64,000 bases of DNA, taken from positions 25,367 to 89,366 of the forward strand of contig JANQNK010000003.1 in the NCBI GenBank assembly GCA_028279595.1, in the 5' to 3' direction. The position numbers and the translations under genes are program-made. Each line of letters opens with the position of its first letter. The stretch's first letter is position 1. The stretch comes from Thermoplasmatota archaeon. Its GTDB lineage: Archaea; Thermoplasmatota; JAKEGO01. The notes under the pieces were generated by a model that saw only the letters and a program-made list of their open reading frames with translations, did no database searches and was not told where the DNA came from. This document shows positions 57,764 to 64,000 of the stretch, one piece after another.

Positions 57764-58387
57764 TTACCCCGGACATCGGTAGACCAGCAGGACGCCTCCG
57801 TCGAGCCTTCTGCTCTCAACGAACTCGAGATCCACCATGTCATCCATCGTGAACGCGCCCTCTCCGGTGGCAAGGCTCACCGCCTTCCCGCCTATTATCC
57901 TGTCCGCCACGAAGACCTGGAGGACGTCGAAGAGACCCCTTCGGAGGAATTCCGAGATCACCGTCCCCCCGCCCTCCACCAGCATCTCCCTGATGTCCAT
58001 CGCCCCGAGGTCCCTCAGGACCATCCTGATGTCCACGAGGTCTCCGTCAAGTGGGTAGTTGCGAACGATGACCCCCTCGGGGGCGTCCATCGAGGCCGTC
58101 GGTCCAAGGGCGATCAACGTCCTCGGCGGAGCCTTCATAACGAGAGCGTCCTCTGGAGTCCTTCCGTTGGTGTCCAGCACTATCCGGACGACGTCCTCGT
58201 TCGGGCTCAGCCTGGGATCGTCGGAAATGACCGTCCCGACACCCACGAGGATCGCGCCTACCGAATTCCTCAGCTCCTTCACCCTCGCCATGTCCTCGTC
58301 GCTGGATAGCCTCGTCTGCTCTCCTGTGTTGAGTGCCAGCCTGCCGTCGAGGCTCATCGCGGCGTTGATGGTGACATAGGGACGCAT
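57764..58387 (-). CDS. RibD C-terminal-domain reductase (archaeal riboflavin-pathway diaminohydroxyphosphoribosylaminopyrimidine reductase)
   Basis: The motifs MRPYVTINAAMSLDGRLA...ILVGVGTVISDDPRL...LVEGGGTV are the typical dihydrofolate-reductase-like RibD_C fold. Confidence 0.8.
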   Translation of the reverse strand: MRPYVTINAAMSLDGRLALNTGEQTRLSSDEDMARVKELRNSVGAILVGVGTVISDDPRLSPNEDVVRIVLDTNGRTPEDALVMKAPPRTLIALGPTASMDAPEGVIVRNYPLDGDLVDIRMVLRDLGAMDIREMLVEGGGTVISEFLRRGLFDVLQVFVADRIIGGKAVSLATGEGAFTMDDMVDLEFVESRRLDGGVLLVYRCPG

Positions 58388-58513
58388 CCGCTGCGAATCC
58401 GCACGGTAATAGAAAAAGATTGGTAACGATGCTAACGATCATTTCGGCGGACGCGCTCGCCCGCGGCGCTGTCGGCGGGCAACACGTCTCGATAATAGTG
58501 ATGATCGGATTCT

Positions 58514-61500
58514 CTACGCCGCAAAGATGACGTCGAGCCCCATCCTGTAGGCCCACATCTCGATGGTCCTCTCGACCTCCGCCCATTCGCCCTCGAACTC
58601 CTCGATCGTCAGTCTGGACACCTGCTCGCGGGCCTTGAACGCGGCCTTCATCTCCGCCCCGTGGAAGACGACGTAGCAGTTCGTCATGCCGAACTTCCTC
58701 TTGATGTCGTCGTAGAGGTACTGGAAGAGCTGGTCCTTCGGCGAGAGGACGAACCGCCTCTCGATCTCCTGTTCCCTCACCGATCCGACGTCCTCCGCCA
58801 GCATCCAGTGGACGACCTCGCTCCCCTCGACGAGCAGCCCCTTTACGAGGAATCCCTCGTCCTCGAGCTCGCGAAGTATACGGCGCAGCTCGAGCATGCC
58901 CATCCTGTGCTTGGTGTACGACGCCAGTCTCTCGGCCGAGAACATGCCGAAGTTGCCGAAGATGCGCCTCATCACCCACTTCCTGGCCTCCGGCGGCTCG
59001 ATCTCCGGCTCCGGGACGAGCGTGTAGCGGCCCCTGGCGTCCTTGACGATGTACAATCCCTCGTAGAGCTTCTTGAGGTTGGACGTGAAGTCCTCCGGCG
59101 TCATCGTGGTCTTCTTCTGCAACTTCGTCCTGCTGATGCCGAACTCGGGCACCCGCATGTAGATGTGCTTCATCATCGGCGTGAGCTGGGCGTCCTTCGC
59201 GGCCCTGTACTTCGGAAGGTCCTCGTGATTTGTGAGCGTCAGGTAGTCGGGAATGAGCAGCGCCTTCGGCAGGTCGCTGGAGCGGTGATAGCCGTCGAGC
59301 GATACCGGACGCCCCTGCAGGCGTAGCGCCAGTTCCATCTCGGACCTGATCCCGCCCATGGTGGCCAGGACCTCCTTGATGGTGCCGAATCGTTTGTTCT
59401 CGGGTATGTGCTGCCTGTCCAGGACGTACGAGACGATGTCCCGCTCCGAGAACGACTCGGACGTGCCGACGCCCGAGACCAGGTTCCTTCCGACCCGTGA
59501 GAACCCCTTCTCTATGAACATCATGTATGTGTCGGGGTCCATCTCCTCCACAGGTACCGAATTGACGGCCTTGATCCTGACGACGTCCATGTAGTAGTTT
59601 CGGTAGTATTCCCACGTCCTCTCCAGCGCGTCCAGGAGGCCAGGGAGCTTCTCCGGCGGCACCAGGATGTCCCTTACGTCCACGGCGCCGCTCATGGGCC
59701 ACATGTGGATGGCCCCGATGACCTCGCTCCCCTCCGTGACCACCGAGTACCAGCCGTCGCCGAACCGCGAGAGCACCTCGAACCTGTGCCTGAAGGTGAA
59801 TGCGTCCCTGAGGGAAAGGGCCCTTATACCTTCGGGAGTGCCGGCCTTTCCAAGCCTGTCCAGGTATTCAGTGAGCACGTACATCTCCATGTCGTGCTCT
59901 GCCGAGATTATGCGCGTGACGGCGTCCTCCTCCTCGAGCCTGTCAAGTGCGTCGAGCACCTCCTGGTAGGGGAGTTTCAGGAAACCCCGGATACCCACCA
60001 GGGGCGCGACCCCGAACACCTTGAGCATGGTCCTCACCGTGTCGACGATCGGCTCCTCCGGCCATTCCTCGACATCGAGGGCGTAGTACCTGTTTATCGT
60101 GCTCCAGTAGTTGCCGCTGGGCGGCTTGCGATGAATGTAGAGATTGTAATCGAGCCTCGTGATGATGTCCATGACCTCCCATCTCTCGAGGTCGAGATAC
60201 TCCGCGACCTCGGAACGTGAGGACCCGGGATTCTCGTTTATAATCCTGAGGACATCCATCTCCACCTCGTTCAGCTCCTCCCGACGATAGGTGCCGATGT
60301 AGATGGGGGCGTCCTCGGCAAGGACGTAGGACACCTGGCCGCCCACGAACCGCCCCTGGATTATCCTGCCCTCGGCGAGGAGCTCTATCCATCTGTCGAA
60401 ATCAAAGTCGCGCACCCGCAGGGCGATCGAGCGCACTCCGGTCGCGAAACGGTATCTCTCGAAGTACTCCTCGATGGTGTCGACCTCTGTCAACATGATC
60501 TCAGTGACGAAGTCGGAGATCGCCTGGGCACCGAAGACAGGTTCCTCGCCCCCCCGCTCGATGGATATCAGGTCCCTGGTGAGGATGTACTGGCGCGGGG
60601 CCTTGGTCCCGATGAAGAAACCGGACCTGACGAGACCGGAGCGCTCCAGGTCCTCGAGGGTCGTGTCGACCAACTGTTCCTCGAGCGAGAGCGCGAAGGA
60701 GATCTCCTCAAGGACGGAGGGTCCGTGGAACTCCAGGTATTTCGTGCAAAGGTCCTGTACGGCTCCCTCGACCTGCCTCACGGCAATGTCCGATGGGGCG
60801 TAGACCACGCTCCCATCCTCGGTGAACCCCCTCGTGACCAGATAGGCCTCCTCGAGGAGCTTGATGTCGTCGCTGGACGCCTTTCCCTTTTCGAACTTCT
60901 CGAGCAGCTTGTCACCGTCGATCCTCTTCGCGTAGACGGAAGCGTAGAGTTCCAGCCTGTCGGTCGGGACCCACTTGAGCCCCTTGATCCAGGCGGATGA
61001 GATCAGCCCATCGTCGACGAGCTCCGCAGCCCACTCCAGGACCTCCTCCCTCGGGAGTTCGGTGAAGTCCATGATGTTCTCCCCCCGCTCCCTGAAGACG
61101 GTCATCGCTCCGAAGGCCTTCAGGGCTGCGAGTATGTCCTCCTTGTCCACGACGGCCGGCCTCTTCGAGCGGTAGTGCACGTCGACGTTCTTCTCCGGCA
61201 GCGCCGCCTCCCCTTCACCCAGTACCTTCGAGAGCACCTTCCGGTGCAGCTCCCTGAGCAGGGCCGACCTGTCCTCCATGAGGACTATGTCGGATTTACC
61301 CGCAAGGACCACCGAATGGCCGAACGGGGACGGTGAATCCGTGTAGCCGAGCACGTCGAACGATATCTCGCCCGACTCGATCCCCTCGAGCACCTCGGCG
61401 GCGTTGTCCAGGTCCATCACGTCGTGCAGGATCTCGTTGTACGTCTCGTCCAGGACCGGAAAGTTGTCAGCCTTGTGAAGCGCCTCCAGGAGCCTCTGGG

Positions 61501-63799
61501 AGCGGAGCTGCTGCTTCTTCACGGAGATCTCGTGGCCCTTGAAGTTGCGGAGGATCATCATGGACCGCGCGCCGGTGTGCCTGAACCTCTGCTTGAACAG
61601 CTCCGTCTGCCTGATCGCCTTCCTCAGGACGGTCCCCAGGTCCTTTGACGAGACCATTCCCCTCAGGTCGTCGAGCTCGATCCTCTTCGGAAGTGTGAGC
61701 ATGAAGTTGTCGTCCGTTAGCGAGACCTTGACGTTCTTCTTGTACTGCCTCGAGAGCTCGAAGGCGTAGGCACGGGACAGCGCGTCGTTCACCCTCCTCC
61801 CGAAAGGGAAGTGGAAGACGACGTTCACCCTGCCCTTCTCGTCCTCGAATCCCTCCACGAGCACCCTGCTGTTGGTCGGGACCGCCTCGACGGACCCGAT
61901 CTGCTGTCTGAAGTAGGATATCACGGTCTTCGCGGCGCCCAGGTCCGTGTGGTATTCCTCCATGAGGAGACCTTCCATCTCCTCGTCCGGGGTATCGGCC
62001 AGTATCATCTCCGTTAGCCTGTTCCGGAACTTCCCGACCTCGACCGAGAGGTCGAAGGTCCTGGGGAGCATCTCGCCGGACCAGGAGGGAACCGTCGGCT
62101 TCTTTCCGTGTGCGTCCTTGACGTAGACCCTGTTCCCGCGGACGCTGGTGAGCTCGTAGGTCTTGCCCCCGAGCAGGAATATATCCCCCGTCCTGAGCCG
62201 TTCGACGAACTTCTCGGCGAGGTCCCCCAGGGGCATCCCGTACTCTAGGAACACCCTGTATGAGATCTCCTGCGGGATTGTCCCGATGTTCATGAAGTAG
62301 ATCATCCTGGTGCCCCTGCGGGCTCCGAAGACCCTCTCGTCCGGGTCGTACCAGATCTTGCCGTAAATGCCGCTGTCCTCGTAGGAGTGGCGGCCGGCGG
62401 CGAAGTTGAGGACGTCGATGAACCTGTCACGGTCGATGTCCCGGTACGGGTAGGAACGACGGACCAGTTCGAGAGCCTCGTCGACCTCCCATTTCCTCTC
62501 GAGGGACATTCCGATGAGCGCCTGGGCGAGGACGTCGAGGGACCCGAAGAGGAAGTTGGTGCGGTCGATGGTGTTGTCCATCGCGCACTTCGTCAGGACC
62601 ATCGTCTCCACGAGGTCGTTCTCCTCGAAGACAACGATGCGCCCGACCGAGGTCTCGTGAAGGGCGTGGCCGGCGCGTCCCACGCGCTGGATCCCCTTGG
62701 CGATGCTCTTCGGGGAGCCGATCTGGATGACGAGGTCGACGTAGCCTATGTCGATGCCGAGCTCCAGGGATGTGGATGTGACGACCGCCTTCATCTCGCC
62801 CGCCTTGAGCCGCTCCTCCACCTCGAGACGGATCTCCTTAGAGAGCGAGCCGTGGTGGGCCGAGATGTCCTCCACACCACGCTCCTTCAACTTGTGGACG
62901 ACGGCCTCTGTGCCCGACCTGGTGTTGGTGAAGATGAGCGTGGTACGGTTCTGGTCGATGAGGTCCTTCAGGACGTCGTACATCTTCTCGTTCACGATCT
63001 CGAACGGAAGGGCCGTCATGTCTGCGACCGGCGTCATCACCGCGAGGTCCATGCTCTTCTGCGCTCCGATCTCGACGATGTTGACATCGCGCATCTCGCC
63101 GTTGTCGAATCCCACGAGATACGCGCCGATCTCCTCGATGGGCGACTGCGTCGCCGACAGTCCGACGCGGACCACGTCCTCCGACGACATGTCCGCTAGA
63201 CGTTCTACCGAAAGTGCGAGGGAGACACCCCTCTTCGAGGACGAGATCTCGTGGATCTCGTCGACGATCATGTACTTGACCCCCTTGAGGCGTTCGACGA
63301 ACTTCGTGGTCGAGAGCACGAGCGAGAGCGTCTCCGGCGTGGTGATCAGGATATGCGGGGGCTTCCTGACCATCTTCTGCCGCATGTAGCTGGTCGTGTC
63401 TCCTGTCCTCACGGCCACCCTGACAGGGGATATGTCGTCGAAACCCGCCTTCTCCAGGTACTCGTTGATTTCCGCGAGCGGGGTGTTGAGGTTCCTCTCT
63501 ATGTCGTTGGCCAGCGCCTTCAACGGAGAAACGTACACGCAGTAGATCTTGTCCTCCAGAGTTCCTTCCTTCGACTTGATGATCAGTTCGTTAAGAATGG
63601 AGAGGAACGCTGTTAGGGTCTTTCCGGAACCTGTCGGAGCCGCCACTAGGACGTTCTTCCCCTCGTGGATGTACGGGATCGCATAGGCCTGCGGGGGCGA
63701 GATGTCCTCGAAACGCTCCGTGAACCACTCCCCAACGGTGTCATCGAGCAGAGAGAGGACCTCGTCCTTCGAATGAGGTCTATCTATCCTATGTATCAT
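58514..63799 (-). CDS. lhr: Lhr-family ATP-dependent DEAD/DEAH-box helicase, unusually long (1761 aa)
   Basis: The N-terminal helicase core has APTGSGKT (Walker A), DEIH (motif II) and QRVGRAGH (motif VI). These are followed by Lhr-type WH/beta-barrel domains and a ~700-aa C-terminal extension. Confidence 0.85.
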   Translation of the reverse strand: MIHRIDRPHSKDEVLSLLDDTVGEWFTERFEDISPPQAYAIPYIHEGKNVLVAAPTGSGKTLTAFLSILNELIIKSKEGTLEDKIYCVYVSPLKALANDIERNLNTPLAEINEYLEKAGFDDISPVRVAVRTGDTTSYMRQKMVRKPPHILITTPETLSLVLSTTKFVERLKGVKYMIVDEIHEISSSKRGVSLALSVERLADMSSEDVVRVGLSATQSPIEEIGAYLVGFDNGEMRDVNIVEIGAQKSMDLAVMTPVADMTALPFEIVNEKMYDVLKDLIDQNRTTLIFTNTRSGTEAVVHKLKERGVEDISAHHGSLSKEIRLEVEERLKAGEMKAVVTSTSLELGIDIGYVDLVIQIGSPKSIAKGIQRVGRAGHALHETSVGRIVVFEENDLVETMVLTKCAMDNTIDRTNFLFGSLDVLAQALIGMSLERKWEVDEALELVRRSYPYRDIDRDRFIDVLNFAAGRHSYEDSGIYGKIWYDPDERVFGARRGTRMIYFMNIGTIPQEISYRVFLEYGMPLGDLAEKFVERLRTGDIFLLGGKTYELTSVRGNRVYVKDAHGKKPTVPSWSGEMLPRTFDLSVEVGKFRNRLTEMILADTPDEEMEGLLMEEYHTDLGAAKTVISYFRQQIGSVEAVPTNSRVLVEGFEDEKGRVNVVFHFPFGRRVNDALSRAYAFELSRQYKKNVKVSLTDDNFMLTLPKRIELDDLRGMVSSKDLGTVLRKAIRQTELFKQRFRHTGARSMMILRNFKGHEISVKKQQLRSQRLLEALHKADNFPVLDETYNEILHDVMDLDNAAEVLEGIESGEISFDVLGYTDSPSPFGHSVVLAGKSDIVLMEDRSALLRELHRKVLSKVLGEGEAALPEKNVDVHYRSKRPAVVDKEDILAALKAFGAMTVFRERGENIMDFTELPREEVLEWAAELVDDGLISSAWIKGLKWVPTDRLELYASVYAKRIDGDKLLEKFEKGKASSDDIKLLEEAYLVTRGFTEDGSVVYAPSDIAVRQVEGAVQDLCTKYLEFHGPSVLEEISFALSLEEQLVDTTLEDLERSGLVRSGFFIGTKAPRQYILTRDLISIERGGEEPVFGAQAISDFVTEIMLTEVDTIEEYFERYRFATGVRSIALRVRDFDFDRWIELLAEGRIIQGRFVGGQVSYVLAEDAPIYIGTYRREELNEVEMDVLRIINENPGSSRSEVAEYLDLERWEVMDIITRLDYNLYIHRKPPSGNYWSTINRYYALDVEEWPEEPIVDTVRTMLKVFGVAPLVGIRGFLKLPYQEVLDALDRLEEEDAVTRIISAEHDMEMYVLTEYLDRLGKAGTPEGIRALSLRDAFTFRHRFEVLSRFGDGWYSVVTEGSEVIGAIHMWPMSGAVDVRDILVPPEKLPGLLDALERTWEYYRNYYMDVVRIKAVNSVPVEEMDPDTYMMFIEKGFSRVGRNLVSGVGTSESFSERDIVSYVLDRQHIPENKRFGTIKEVLATMGGIRSEMELALRLQGRPVSLDGYHRSSDLPKALLIPDYLTLTNHEDLPKYRAAKDAQLTPMMKHIYMRVPEFGISRTKLQKKTTMTPEDFTSNLKKLYEGLYIVKDARGRYTLVPEPEIEPPEARKWVMRRIFGNFGMFSAERLASYTKHRMGMLELRRILRELEDEGFLVKGLLVEGSEVVHWMLAEDVGSVREQEIERRFVLSPKDQLFQYLYDDIKRKFGMTNCYVVFHGAEMKAAFKAREQVSRLTIEEFEGEWAEVERTIEMWAYRMGLDVIFAA

Positions 63800-64000
63800 T
63801 GCTTCTAAGCTCCCCCATTAATCCGTGTCGTATCGGAGACGTATTATAAAAGCTGAATGGAAATTGTCGTTACTGTTCCTCTCTCTCCCTTCTCCGATTG
63901 ATATGCATCCTCAATAGGTTCCATTTGATCTGCCTCGACGTCTGGTCCTCGAGTCTAGCCTCGGAAAGTCTTCTCCTTTCGATCATTTCTTTCCGTTTCT

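Noticed and set aside
58047-59702. 551-aa ORF (R/G/H-rich) on the minus strand
   Set aside because: It overlaps the 3' part of the well-supported Lhr helicase gene in another frame on the same strand. Its composition is low-complexity Arg/Gly-rich, typical of off-frame translation of GC-rich coding DNA.

Overview
A 64-kb window from a high-GC (~58-62%) archaeal genome. Gene content (split RpoA'/A'', L30e, archaeal NusA, NAC-alpha, S3Ae, Nob1, archaeal histone fold, HypF) suggests a Thermoplasmata/Methanomassiliicoccales-like euryarchaeon; this is inferred from gene content only.

Main content, in order:
- 0-5.5 kb: the 3' end of the RNAP operon (rpoB C-terminus, rpoA', rpoA'', rpl30e, nusA). 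It is followed by a glycosylated surface protein rather than the usual rps12/rps7/EF-2.
- 7.7-8.4 kb: a tRNA hotspot with tRNA-Glu(TTC) and tRNA-Ser(GCT), each followed by degenerate, partly duplicated tRNA-derived elements.
- ~10.75-21.3 kb: a low-GC (~38-50%) island of probably bacterial origin. It carries three TetR regulators, two SDRs, an RND/MMPL exporter, an LtrA-like protein, an alpha/beta hydrolase and a beta-helix surface protein. Two ~70-bp operator/promoter elements with dual palindromes are conserved within it.
- 21.4-27.5 kb: a 2028-aa beta-helix protein ending in a PGF-CTERM-like tail. Its LamG jelly-roll domain is split by an array of ~22 novel 47-aa repeats.
- 28-64 kb: mostly housekeeping genes (TldD/PmbA pair, HypF, a second RND exporter, PurE, CobO, Tag, GPN GTPase, S8 protease, RibD-C reductase, a 1761-aa Lhr helicase). 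Among them are a histone-fold doublet fused to an unknown C-terminal domain, an S3Ae-HhH fusion, a KaiC-like pseudo-ATPase paired with a Lys/Glu-rich membrane protein, and a tRNA-Arg(CCG) whose 3' trailer carries the same conserved motif as tRNA-Glu.

No CRISPR array, rRNA gene or intact transposase was seen. Many long antisense or alternative-frame ORFs in the track were treated as GC-driven frame artefacts.
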